NCBI GenBank assembly: GCA_964304625.1 | Contig: OZ199840.1 | Span: forward strand, 5,507,200-5,571,199 | Length of the DNA: 64,000 bases | Origin: Kudoa neothunni | Lineage: Eukaryota > Animalia > Cnidaria | Direction: 5' to 3' | Shown: positions 1 through 12,985 of the stretch, in pieces | Layout: each line of letters opens with the position of its first letter | Position numbering within the stretch: the stretch's first letter is position 1 | Translations under genes and position numbers: made by a program | The notes under the pieces: generated by a model | Database searches by the model: none | Seen by the model: the letters and a program-made list of their open reading frames with translations, nothing else | Told to the model about the DNA's origin: nothing

Positions 1-99
1 CATTTATACAATCATCTACTTTTATTGAAACAATATTTTATTTTCTATTATTTGTAATTATATTTTTCCTGCATGTTTAAACATTTAAATGAGCTCTTT

Positions 100-1350
100 G
101 ATGATATAAATTCTACCACTCGTTCATCTTTAGTTTCAAAATTAGCAGGTTCAACAATCAAAAGAGTAAAAGCTCGTCAAAGTATTTTGATGTAGGCATA
201 ATGAATTTCTCTTGAATAATCTCGGAATTTCCAGATAAGAATTCATTATTGCTAAAATTAATATCTAATGAACACTCTTATTTATCGGGCGCGGGAAACT
301 CATATTTTCCGAAGCATTTAAATACAATATCCTTTGAAACACTGACCTATGATTTTTAATTAGGAACAATGTTTAACGCGAATCTTGGTAGGATGTATTT
401 ATATCGTTGCTAACTGCAGCAATATGTATTCTATAAAATATTTTTGTAGTTTCATTTGAATGAGAAAATGATTCCATGGTCTAAAGATGTCTAATGCTTA
501 ATACCTAATAGTTGTAAGACGCTAGTTGAATTTTTTGTGAGGAATATAAAAGAGATATCGGACAAATGAATTTCGGCATGGCAAGGGGTAATATTAAGAA
601 GTGGAAAATGTCCTTGTACATCGTTTTGAATACATTATCAAAATTTGAAGGATATTAGTTAAATAATTATCTAGTCATCCATTCTTTCCCGTTTCATTTG
701 TATTTACTATAAATATTTTAGCATTTTTAAAAACAACATGGTTTTTGTGATTTCCAATCACAAAAGATTCGATGCATGCTGCAAAATAGTAAGAATTTTT
801 TAGAATTTTTTCTCTCGACAAAGCATAGTATTAAAAATAATGGATCTCTTTGTTTCTACTAAAATAATGCAGTTTCGTCAAGGTTATAGATACGGTCATC
901 GTTGTTATCTTTGACTTAGTCATTCAATTACGATTACCAATTTTCTACAAAACTTTACTCAACATAAGCAGTATCATTATAAGCAGTGATATTTTTAAAT
1001 TAAATTTTGATTTACAACCAATAAATCAATCAGGGGTCATTACTACGCTTATGTTCAATTCTTTCGCCAATCGGTTTTTTTCATGTGTGATATCGATATC
1101 ATTCATGAGCAGATAGTTCAATTTTTTTATCTCAAGTGATTCACCCAGTCATATACTAAAATATCGATATGGTGATTTGAACACTGTTTCAAATTTTTTC
1201 TCTGAAGAAGCCAAGTCAGTTTAAAAAATAAAACTATCACTTTCTCTCTAATCAAAATGATATCTAGTGTAGAAATAGAAAGGGGCTTAAATTTACGAAA
1301 AGTAGTATTTTTCCATTCCTGTTTAGTATTCTTTAAAAAAATCAATAAAT
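100..1350 (-). mobile_element. Highly decayed hAT-like transposase fossil
   Basis: Minus-strand fragments in hAT order resemble a degraded DE..DIS (~1090-1115), QHASNL as a CxxH-LNL-like motif (~770-790) and PTS...RAFTLL as a C-terminal dimerisation-like motif (~160-205). Many stops and frameshifts. Confidence 0.3.
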
Positions 1351-1794
1351 TTATATTTTAATTCTATTATTTTCCCGTTTTTAAATTTTTCAGACTTCAT
1401 AAATGTAAAAAAAAACACATCACCAAAATCTGCCTATACCTGAAAAGTTGAGGAAAATCGGTTAAGCGCTAATAATAGGAAAAAATCATTTCCAATGTTC
1501 AATTTTTAAAAGTTATGTAAATTATTATTAATACCGACAAATAAAATTGAACAAAATTAAAATAAATCAACTATATGATTTAAAATGTTATAATAATATC
1601 GTAAGGGTAGAAATTCCGAGGTTACCACCGAAAATTGGTTACCTACTGTGTAATTATAAATTTACTGGAATCAAATCTGATTTGAATATTAATCTTTGAA
1701 AATTATATGTTGAAGAATATATCGAACTACTACATGTTTTTATCTTCGTATATTAAATAGATTGTGGATTAGATGGGATTAAAAATGAGAAGAT

Positions 1795-2781
1795 ATGAGC
1801 TTTTGCGTAAAATTGCATTACCATAATCAATTAAAATGTGAATACCTGAGTATTCACAGTTGGACGAGGTTTACAGTTATTCGAATGATGATGGAGCTGT
1901 TTTCCATCTTGTGAAATAACTTATCTATGTTCTTTACAAGATTGCATGCGCTAAACTAATAAAGCAAAGATTGCTGTACATTAGTGAACGTTTGTGGTTT
2001 CTATTACATCACACACGACTTAATCGTATTCCTATACAAATGTAATAGGTTGATAATCGGTTTTGTGTAGATTATCAAATCCTTGCCCAATCCAACACGT
2101 CACATCGTTGAAACTCTAAATCTACCTTTAAATAAAATAGTTTTTGATCAATTGCACAGCGGTTGAAGTTTTTCAGTGATGGAAAACGTTGTAGATAATC
2201 TGGCAGACAATGAAAACCGTGGTACAGAGCAAGTAATTCTCGAATAATATTGTTTGTGAGAGGGCATCCCCCGAGCAATAATATACAACAACATTGTTTG
2301 ACAATTGATACATCTTTTATTAGATTGTCGATGAGACCTACGCTGAAACTGACAATCCGGAAACCGAAGCTGTGGTATTGTAACTATGGTGATGGGTGGT
2401 AGGTAGAATTGTTGTAGGTGCAGTTCTACGAGAGAAAAATTGGAATATTCGAAAATACGCTTGGTCTCTTCAAAGAGAATCTTTTTCGTGTGAACAATCG
2501 TTTCAATGCTCTACGGTTAGTGTACAGGCCACTAAAGGAAGCTCACGAGAAACTGAGCGAAGAGTATATACACATATACATAGATAGATAGATAGTTGGG
2601 TGTGTTTTGACCTGGTTTTTAGATATGAAGATCTTTGTGAAGTGAATCACAACATGAGTATGGAATTGAAAAAAAAATCCACGGTATTATTTTTGTATTA
2701 TTCTATGACAAAGGATTCGTTAAATGAACAATTATTTAATTAATCCCTTTAATTGTTCAGGAGCTGCTACTCTCAAACTAA
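1795..2781 (+). CDS. Spliced coiled-coil-rich exons; probably the 5' part of the gene at 6324-9543, or a short separate gene
   Basis: GT-AG-bounded open segments give IIKSLPNPTRHIVETLNLPL, IVDETYAETDNPETEAV, VQFYERKIGIFENTLGLFKENLFRVNNRFNALR..LKEAHEKLSEE and YEDLCEVNHNMSMELKKKST. The next acceptor (2760) gives ELLLSN-stop. A phase-0 join to 6324 would continue the coiled coil instead. Start approximate. Confidence 0.55.
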
Positions 2782-3630
2782 CCTTCTAGCATAACACATT
2801 TGAACATTTAATATATATTGATCAAATTTATTCACAGAATTTTTGTTCAAAATTGTTTTCCTCGGTGGAGTTGAAGTAGATATCCACCTATCAACATTTT
2901 AATCCATTAAAACCTGTTTCGATAAGCCTAACGATTAATCGTAAACTTTCGCTATAAGCTTCCACCATTTTTCAGCATGGGGATTTCTTTTTTGCATTAT
3001 TCAGATATTTTTATTTAACATAATAAAAATGTCTGTTATTGACAGATCAGCTTTTAGATCAATACCTATGTTGACACATTGTGAGTGTTATAATTATGAT
3101 CGTGTGTTAAGACGGTAGATGGCAGATTATGCGCAGTGGAGACAAAATATAAACTAAAATTTCAAATGGTCGGAAGTGCGAACCTTATTATTCGTTTCAT
3201 TTCGTTGTACACACATATTTAATGGGGAGATGATCTACGCTTTTTATTTGTTAATCCATTCAATAACATGGTTTTAATTTAATACTGTTATACAACACAT
3301 TAGAATGGTTGCATGAAATATAATCAATCTTTTAAGCTCTTTCTTAACGTAACTTCAGATAATCAATATTAATCAATCATTGAGTAATAGTAAATATACA
3401 GAATTTTATTTTCCTGTGAGCACGCTTGTCTTAATAATAGTCAGGAGTTTTCTCTCTAAAATGACAGAGACTATTTGCTGCATGGTGATATCTAATTTTA
3501 ATCGCAACTTTCACTTATATGCTACATACAGGATATAGCTGATGAGAATCTACAATTATTTCTACCTCCTAAGGGCGAAGGGATGAATCTTTTTCTAATT
3601 ATATACAATCAAAATTAATGGCAAATAAAT

Positions 3631-3710
3631 ATACAGTCGAACCTCGATTATCCGGAAAATTTGGTACCACCATTTTCTTTTAGGATAGCGGGATTCCAGT
3701 TAATCTAACA
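3631..3710. mobile_element. pogo/Tigger-type (Tc1-mariner) terminal sequence
   Basis: TA followed by CAGTCGAACCTCGATTATCCGGA, a typical pogo-family TIR start. No convincing partner TIR found. Confidence 0.45.
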
Positions 3711-4033
3711 TAACCAAGTTTATGTGTGCGCGAATTAAAAATTTCACGGAAAGAATTGTTTTTTTAATCTATTAAAGACTTTCACTCTTTATTAAGTAAA
3801 ATATTTGCATATCTACTAACTATGAGTATGGAGACTTAGGGTGAACATGGTACGTAATTACGGGAGAAAAACACGTCTACAGAGGAGTAACCTACTTTTT
3901 TAAATAATCGATTTTTAATATACACACAGGTATAATATAAATTTATATAAAAACTGAATTATCAACTTATGTTTTAAAAGAAAATTTTATAAATAATTAA
4001 TCTAGAAATATTTTTATTTTAAATATTGCATTG

Positions 4034-4064
<31 letters not shown>

Positions 4065-5547
4065 CTACATTGTATAGTCTGTATATTGATGGGTGGTACT
4101 TTTATCCGGATTTATGATGAAATAATTGTTTTGGTTCGCGTTTGTTCATTAATACTTTGTGCAAATTTGGATACTCGCAAGCGAACACCAACTTACCAAC
4201 CCCGCCTTCGTCTATTGGAACATTCTAAATATCGAAATCTAAGAAAGTTGGTGACAGCTATTTTTTCGAGATCTACCGGTAATTGGAGCTCGTGGGAGTT
4301 TTTTCTAAAAGTGAAAAATCCTCAAAAGAGATCGCTAACGCATGAACCCATTTATGTTGTTGTGAGCGATGGTATATATCAACAATAAGGTTAATAACTC
4401 TAACTAACAGTTATGTACAATATGAAATAGTTATTGACATTCTTTTTAACTTCACACCACAACCCCACAATAGATATTGTTAACAACTAAAAAAATGGTT
4501 CATTCGCGTCCTTAGTCATAACTTTGGTACTACAAAATTCCTGTAACCCCACCCAAGTTATTGGCTACGGGAACTCTCTCATGTGATTCGCTTAAGTCCA
4601 TGTTAGAAAATATATGGTGGAAATGGAAAAATAATACGCTATGATCATGATTGAAAACGTCGTTATTATCCTCCAACCTTGATCTAACATTCTCCAAAAT
4701 GCTCCAGGAATAGTCAAGGAAATATTGTAAACCATATTCCTCACACAGAGACACTAACATAACTATTGCGTCAGTTTAAATCGTTATTCATCCAACTAAT
4801 ATAGCTTTAATTTAAATACGATTTATTTCTGGAATTAGATACAGATATTGTTTGTTAATATCCGGTTAACTGAACTGTCTCTAAAAACCAATACGTTCTT
4901 AAACGACCGATATATTTAAAAAGGATCTGAGTAAAGATCGAAGATCTTTTCGGACGAAAAAGTTTAAAATTGTGATTTCGTACGTTTCCACTTTTTCACC
5001 ATTTTTTTTGTAAACAAAACCACTAATTTACCTCCCTGTTTTAAAATATTTAGCGCATATTTACTATCTCATTTTTGGAATGTAAAAGATAAAATCGACG
5101 ACTCACTTGATTTTGGCTACGTATTTTGCATCACTTACAGTGAGTTATTTGAACTATGATTAACTTAAATTGAATATATTTGTTTATATAAACATTAGAA
5201 ATATTAGAAAGATTTAGATTTGTAATTAAATAACTTTACAAATAATGTGCAAAATCAATTACCGACTGTATTATTTACCATGCCAAAAACACTTTAAGTG
5301 TTTATTATTAGGCCATATCACTAGAAGATCAAATAAAAATATAAGAAAGAGACTAATAATAATTTTTAAATGATTGTTCTTAAAAATATTTAAAGTATTT
5401 CTCCCAGCATCTTAATTGAGTCTAATAACCCTGAATAATATAAATTCTAAGACATCGCTAAGTACGTAAAATCCCACGGTATGCAAAAATAATTCGTCTT
5501 TAATTTTATTGTCACTTAATTAACAATTTTTCAGCTTTCAGCTATAA

Positions 5548-6160
5548 CAGTGTTTCCCATTTGGGAGCCCTGAAGAAATTTTGGTGGGATATCAAAATTT
5601 TTTATCGTTTAATGAATGACCCTGGTTGGACGTGAAAAATCTTGAGCTTTATTGATATCGTTTATTTTTAAGTGACCATGAATATCATAAAACAACGCAA
5701 AAGCAATGATTAGTTGTATCAAAATAAATAATATCATTTAACACGGCCTTTTCTCGAATAGAATTGAAATGATTTTAACTCCAATTTGTCGCATTTATTA
5801 TTGTGATCTACTTTGTTTTTGATTTAATAAAATATAATATTAATTAATTGTCAATCTTGATTACCTATTTTGGGTTTATAAGCCCGTATACACAAGTCTT
5901 GCCTATGCAGGTTGGATTACCACGAATTTCACTTAACGTTGTTTTTGACGGGGTGTAGAATTAACGATGTTAATTTTTAAAATCCTTACATAAACTAAAT
6001 TAAATCGAATATAATAGCTTTTAAATTTTTATATGGTGGGAAGCTAGATTCAAAATTATAAACAGTTTAAGTTAAAAATCAATGCTTTCGAATAAGATGG
6101 CGTCCAGAACATGTTTTCCAGAAAAATTGGGTACGGTGAATAAAAGGTTTGGTAACACTG
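5548..6160. mobile_element. Non-autonomous hAT element (MITE), 613 bp
   Basis: Ends are CAGTGTTTCCCA (5548) and TTGGTAACACTG (6160). The 8-bp flanks agctataa / atctataa match at 7/8, as expected for a hAT TSD. Confidence 0.75.
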
Positions 6161-6323
6161 ATCTATAATGTGCCCACAGTTGAGAACCTGTCTCAATCGA
6201 ATGAGTTTCGATTTTCTACTGATTAATTTCGATGTTTTAATATCGCAAATTATTTTAAACTCCTCTAATATATTGGAGAACTATTTCTTTCTTGTGTTGA
6301 ATAAAAGTAATGTTTCTCGTTTA

Positions 6324-9300
6324 GATAATTGAACTTGAACGAAACAAAACAAAAGAATTGGAATCACAAATAAAAAATTATGAGAAAACATTTGAAAAAC
6401 ATAATTCTATTTTTAGTGTAAATTTTTTTAATGTTGCCGTTCTGTAGCTAATTCTTTAATGCACAGTATTTGAAGATTAATGTATTGGAATTGTTGAAAG
6501 ATATAAACAATGGTAATGCCGACAAAAAAAAATGGAAGCTTGTGTCATTGGAACAATCCCAAGTATAGCGACACAGCCATTGTTTACATATTACATTTTA
6601 TTTTTTATTCATCAGAATAGAAGCAATTCCCTTGAAAATGTGCAGAGTAATTATTCGTATTTGGTGTTTATATTTGAGAAAAATTTATCTAGGCACTTCC
6701 ATTGATGTATTTCTACTCCAATTGGTCCATTATTAGTTATCTAATAATTCTTTAAGGTTGAACAAAAGAAAAGACAATCAAATTCACAAACCTCCCTCAA
6801 TATGCCATTACCAGAAGGCTTAAATAATTCGCAGTCGCTAGAAATACAATTTCTACCCCAAATGGATATTAATTACGAATACGCAATAATTGAGCTTGTA
6901 AAACAGCATATTCCAAGTACGAGTTCCCCAAAAACACCACAACTCAAGATAGAAGATAATGATAATCTTGAAGATATTTTCGAGGAGAGATCAAGTGTTT
7001 CGGACCACTTACTCGACAGCGAAAATCGACTTAGACAATTGAATGATTCATCTGTGATTGCTAAATGTGATTCTGTTTTTGTATCTCCGAATATCAGAAT
7101 ATGCCCTACATACAATCACCTAGCCGAACATAAAAATGAAAATGGATATTTTATTTTTGTCCCCGATAATGATTATTTCCGGGTTCGTGCTTATTTATGC
7201 TCGGAGGGTAGGTTGTTTTTTATAAAAGTCAAATATATTAATAGAATCATTTTCATAAATTAACGTAGATTTTGATTGGGAACCAGAAGAAATTCGCGTT
7301 CAATGTCCTAGACATTTTAAACGATTGAATAAACAAGATAGTAATATCGAGTAAGTGTTCCTTTTTTAAAGTATGCTTACATACAACCATCTAGTGGTAC
7401 CTCTGATTATATCTCGATATCTTTCAAATGCATCACCTATCCATCTGTCCATGACATCCCATGTAAACAGCCCATTGATGGAGTTTATGTGATTGTGTAT
7501 GACAACGAGAATGCTGATCAATCTACGCAAGGTATTATTGCGATTTTCATCATTTGACGATTTTTATTACTCAGTGAACTGATTTATTTATTTATTTTAT
7601 TATTTATTTATTTTATTATTTATTTATTTAATTTATTATTTATTTATTTATTTTATTTATTTATTATTTATTTATTATTTATTTTATTTATTTATTATTT
7701 ATTTATTTTATTATTTATTTATTTAATTTATTATTTAATTTATTTATTATTTATTTTGTTTATTATTTTGTTTATTATTTATTTTATTTATTATTTATTT
7801 TATTTATTATTTATTTTGTTTATTATTTATTTTGTTTATTATTTATTTATTTTATTTATTATTTAATTTATTTATTATTTAATTTATTTATTTATTTTAT
7901 TTATTATTTATTTTATTTATTATTTATTTTATTTATTATTTATTTTATTTATTATTTATTTTATTTATTATTTATTTTATTTATTATTTATTTTATTTAT
8001 TATTTATTTTATTTATTATTTATTTATTTTATTTATTATTTATTTTATTTATTATTTATTTTATTTATTATTTATTTTATTTATTATTTATTTTATTTAT
8101 TATTTATTTTGTTTATTATTTATTTTATTTATTATTTATTTTATTTATTAATTTTATTTATTATTTATTTTATTTATTTATTTTATTATTTATTTATTAT
8201 TTTATTTATTATTTATTAATTTTATTTATTATTTATTTTAATTTATTATTTATTTTAATTTATTATTTATTTAGATGAAACAAAAACATACACCTATCAA
8301 GAACTGATTAGTCTGGAAAATGGTGACAACAATTGCAGCTACCAATTTATACCCAATCTTCAATACTCCTATCTTAGTGGTGTAGTAACATTACCCAAAT
8401 GTGAGTGGATAATTAGAATGGAGTAGTGGAAGGTGATTGTTGATTTCGTAGCTTTTAGAAATCTCATTCAAACGAATGATTTTGGCAAAGATTACTCTCT
8501 TAGCTGTGGAAATGACGACGTTTGGCCATTTAGAAAGGTTTTCTACTCCAGCTTTCAGTGTATTCCTCTTGTCCAACCTATGGTTGGTTATTATGTTTTT
8601 GTGCACAACAAGAGTTATACTAAAAAACACAATGAAAGTATGTTATTTAGCGAGTGTTGTTGGTTGTTACATTTGAATTTGTTTAGGGAGTTCCAGAATT
8701 TTAGGTCGTCGTTCAATAGTTAGACTGAGCCCCAGCGACTTTAATAACAAAGAAAATATTTCATCTATGTTTTCCACTCGAACTGACATGGATTTTGAGC
8801 ATAGTGGTGAGTTTATTTGTGACAATATTAATTTTTTAACACAATTGTAATATTGGTCTTAAGATCCATTAAAGGGCGAAATGTTGAATCAACCGTTTAA
8901 GAAAATACTCGGCCAAAAAGTGCTGTCCGTTTTTCAACATGATGATGATGAAAATACGAGAGACAAATCATTTTTCAGTAAATATAGCTTCACTGAGTAG
9001 TAGTCGAAATTAAATTAAATTTAAATAGCACCATCACCAAATTCGATGCCCGATTCAGAAACTGCAGAGGAGGAGACCACAAAATCTAAAAGTATTCAAA
9101 TATTTCGCTATTAACTTTGGTGTTTCTGTCTGCGTATGTGCGTCAGTGAAATTCTACAACGTTACTATGAATTATAAATTCGACTTTGAACGCATTTTAC
9201 GTAGAAAAGAAAAGAGCCATTACTTTGAGGAAACACAAAAGTTTAATCAATCCTTTCATCGAGAATAATATGAAGGCATGTCCATCCAAATCAGATCAAT

Positions 9301-9543
9301 CTGCTAACTCTGGTAATTTCATTTCGTGCTCTAATTTGGTGATATCAAATATAGCGACTCCTGTATCAACCAAACATACCAAAAGTGCATCCGATGTTTC
9401 TGATCGATTGAGTGTTTGAGTGTTTCATCAGCAGAAAAAAGCGTAGAAATTTCCTCAAAAAAGAGCAAAAGCAGTAGGTCTAATACCTTTGGTTGTGTTT
9501 TTATTTTCCTTATTTAGAATTTTCATTTAAAAAAAAGTTCTAA
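6324..9543 (+). CDS. Multi-exon protein: coiled coil, highly divergent p53-family-like DNA-binding domain, Lys/Ser-rich tail
   Basis: In-frame spliced exons 6757-7207, 7269-7350, 7395-7531, 8275-8400, 8452-8637 and 8687-~8806 give SVFVSPNIRICPT..FRVRAYLCSEDFDWEPEEIRVQCPRH..FYSSFQCIPLVQPMVGYYVFVH..SSRILGRRSIVRLSPSD. Later small exons end KKSKS..FSFKKKF-stop. The gene itself is well supported; the p53-family call rests on motif order judged by eye. Confidence 0.6.
7583..8272. repeat. Low-complexity (TTTA/TTA)n tract filling an intron
   Basis: About 690 bp of almost pure T/A between the donor at 7532 and the acceptor at 8273-8274. Confidence 0.95.
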
Positions 9544-10429
9544 ATGAATACAAAATAACATTCTCTTAATAGCATCTTTAGAATTTTTTAGTTTAATCAT
9601 TTTTCACTGATAAATAAATTATAAAATTATCATTTTTATTGAACGCTATACGAATTTCTTTTCAATTAAAGGTGCCGGTTAAATGTGCCTTACCATCAAA
9701 CTTAACGCATTTACACGTTGCCACATGATTTTTCACATATTAAGATTTATTACTGGCATGTGGATTTGATATTTACAGTTTATACGAGTCAACAAAATCA
9801 ACTATTTCTCTCTCATTTAATGGAAACAGAGCCTGTTAACTAGGAAACTTGGTCCTTTCCACTGCAGACCTACTTGTTTCAAGTAAATATTTCTAATATT
9901 GCTTATGTAATGTTTTTGGGGGATTTAAAATAACAGACTTTTGTAACGGATATTTTTAATCCCGGCAACTCGCGTTTACAATGGATATAATATTTATTTT
10001 TTTGAACTGCTGTATTTAATTATTTTGGGTCCATCGCTACTGTTCTTGAGAGTCATGAATAATTAACTACGTCAATAACTACTCATAGTTTGATTTTGTG
10101 ATCCGTCACAACAGCCGCTCCTCCATAAATAAATAATATTTATACACTATATGACTTACGTGGTCATTTACACCCCTCCCAATAAGCACAATTTTATAAT
10201 TGGCTTCAAGGTGTTTGAATTTTTAATTTAGTAAATTTAATATTAATCCAGTAAGAAACCAATTTCATGTACTTACCCTCGGGAATCGGGATCATGGAAA
10301 AAGTGCGGCAAATTTCACGTTCCCGCGCGCGCGATTATTAAAAAAAATTGATCTTTACCCTTCTAACGATTTTGGGGTAAATTCTACCTCACTTTTTTAT
10401 TATGATTGATCGACCATGTTGTGTGCTCT

Positions 10430-10800
10430 GTAGTTAGGCCTTTAAAAATCGATGGTCGAGGAAAATTTAAAAAAAAACGAGAGTGATTATGTGTTGATGG
10501 GAGGATTATTAAGGATTTGGATAGGGATTTCATGATTCCAACGTTTTGTGGCTGTTACTAGTTTTTACAAATATTATGATAGATGCTATATCTCAGGAAA
10601 TTAATTATATTAGGTTAAACGCTTGATACATTCATCCACATAAAGATATTGAAGTAACTCATAAAATATGACGTAATATTTCATTTTATATTCAAAAACT
10701 AGATTATTAATGTTTATTTTTAGGTTTTAAACCATTTTTATTTTGGTAAGATAAATAATAAAAAAATGCTTTTGACTTTAAACATCCATAATTAATTGTA
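10430..10800 (+). repeat. Dispersed repeat copy A (inverted relative to the copy at 26440-26935); probably a non-autonomous DNA transposon fragment
   Basis: Colinear reverse-complement similarity, e.g. gtgattatgtgttga vs tcaacacataatcac, ataaaatatgacgtaatatt vs aatattacgtcatattttat, aatgcttttgactt vs aagtcaaaagcatt. Confidence 0.85.
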
Positions 10801-12599
10801 TTCAAAATGCTTAAAAATCGTATATTTTGATTTGTGGCGAATACTTTACCTTAAAGTTAATTTTAATTAAACAAAAATTATCTATATAATTTGTTATTAG
10901 TTAATTGATGGATATAAATAAAAAGATAATTTAATAAAATAAATAAAAAATGTTCATGTTTGAATTTTGGAACAATTACTGTTAATAACATTTTTTAAAT
11001 CATGAATAAACTACGAAACAAAATTTGTAAACTAAAAGCGCAATTATGCCATAGTTCAATTGAAACAGCTTCATTCTAATTTTATATAGAATAAATTAGA
11101 AAGTTCTGTTTTTAAAATTGGAAGTCCGGCTTGATTGAACATTTACAAACTTATTACTAACAGATACAAATAAAAAAATTCAGCGAAAAATTAACGACTT
11201 CGAATTTGTTAAAATAATAGAAAAATAATTTTTTTGTGTATTTATCAAGAGCAGAGATTCCACGTGAATCCGAATGTGCTCTACATTTAATTTATTTCCA
11301 GTTTATAGGTTAATTCTTTTTTATCTGAATTTAACTACATAACGCAATTTTTCGTGATAAGAACAGAAATGAAAAAAGTTTTGAAAAAGATGTGAATTAA
11401 CAGGACGAATTGTAGGGAACGACTCTATGTCCGATTTTGTGTGCGACACCGCCCCAAGTTTGTACACAGATACTGTAGTACTGTAGTTTCACTGATACTT
11501 TAAAAGAAATAAAATAGTTTATTCCAAAAAAATAATGCAATGCTGAATTTTGATAAGAAAATTCTTCGTAACATTGATTACAAAAACCCACTGTGAACGA
11601 ATCACACAATCTTGTTAATAAATTGACTTAATCTCTTCGAACTAGAGGATCCTCAACGTCGACCCTCGATTTTTTGAAGCCCTATTCGTAGTTCAACATT
11701 TTTCAACTCAAACCTGAAACCATTAAAACTTTATGAGCATTTTCGGGCTAAACACGATGGAAGTTCGTAGACAAGAAATGATTTTGATTCATTGAAAAAC
11801 TGCGTGCAATTCGTAGGAAATTACTTTTGTGGAGCTTTAAGGATTCAAGTTGAAAATAATCAAAAATTTTGCCAAAATGTAATGGCTAACATTGTTTACC
11901 ACCTTAAAGCGTTGATTCCCACATTTGATGGGAATTTGGGCGCATCTGACGTTTAGATCATCAACCCATTTTCACTTAAATTTGAAAATATATATATATA
12001 TATATATATAATGACGATCACAATATAGAAGAGCTAATTTATTTGGAAGAATGTTAAGCGATGAGACTCATTATAACTCAAATACACTTTAAAAATTATG
12101 GTGTCACGCTCAGACTCCTTATCCATCCTTTGCAAAACGAGCGTTGAATATTATAGCTCCATTTTCCATTACTTGGTTGTGTGAGCCAGTTTTTTCATTT
12201 TTGTTGCGTCTAAAAAACAAATATTGAAATATTTTATTCTTTTTGTTGTTTCTAAAATGTTTTATCGATGGATTTATTGATTTCTTTGCTTGTCTATTTC
12301 ATTCCTATTTTGAATTTTGTACGTAAATGACTTAAAAACAATAGGTTTAATTTATTTTCATAATAAACTTTTTAAAAGATAAAATTAATTATTTTTATAA
12401 AATTCAGTTATTCCTAAGAATAATTAATACTATAAAATTAAATTTATAAGTTTAAATTGTAATTAAGGTCGTATTAGAGAACTGGTTTTCTTTAATCCTT
12501 TATATAGGGAATTAAGGTTGGGTGCGGATATAATTCAATAAATTAATTGACCAACACTCAAAAATTTTGAGGAGACTTTTCTTTTTCTTTAAATTTTTC

Positions 12600-12985
12600 A
12601 TACGGTGAAATCTATTGATCCAACCATTCCATTTACTATTGGCAAATTAAATTTTGATTATCGTTATTACATCTTGAAGGTAGAGAAGATTGAGGTTCAT
12701 AACGAGTACTACGTGTTACGTAAAATGATAAAGAAAGATTCAACTCGAACCTTAATATTGAATACCTGAGTAAAGTGTGGAATGATTATCCCACTCTTTC
12801 GAGATTTTGTCAAGAAATATTGATGCGACCAGTTTCCCCCATTGATATCGAAAGGAGTTTCACAAGATTTCGAAATATATTTGGAAAAAAATAAACGTCG
12901 AAAATTACCAATCCTATTTATAAGGAAGAACGTTAGAGCATTAGCACATTAGTTGTATATTTATTATTTTCCCGCTCTTAGCATT
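12600..12985 (+). mobile_element. hAT transposase C-terminal fossil
   Basis: Positions 12834-12885 read SPIDIERSFTRFRNIF, matching the hAT dimerisation-domain pattern S.DVERSFS.YK.I. Confidence 0.45.

Noticed and set aside
4062-4760. ORFs 4062-4388 (+) and 4530-4760 (-) as nested genes
   Set aside because: No recognisable domain or clear splice structure; only a faint Tigger-HTH resemblance in the first, so probably transposon debris.
9145-9204. Apparent p53 tetramerisation-helix-like text (QRYYE..INSTLNAFY)
   Set aside because: The two halves are in different frames with stops, and the stretch lies inside the predicted intron 9092-9204.
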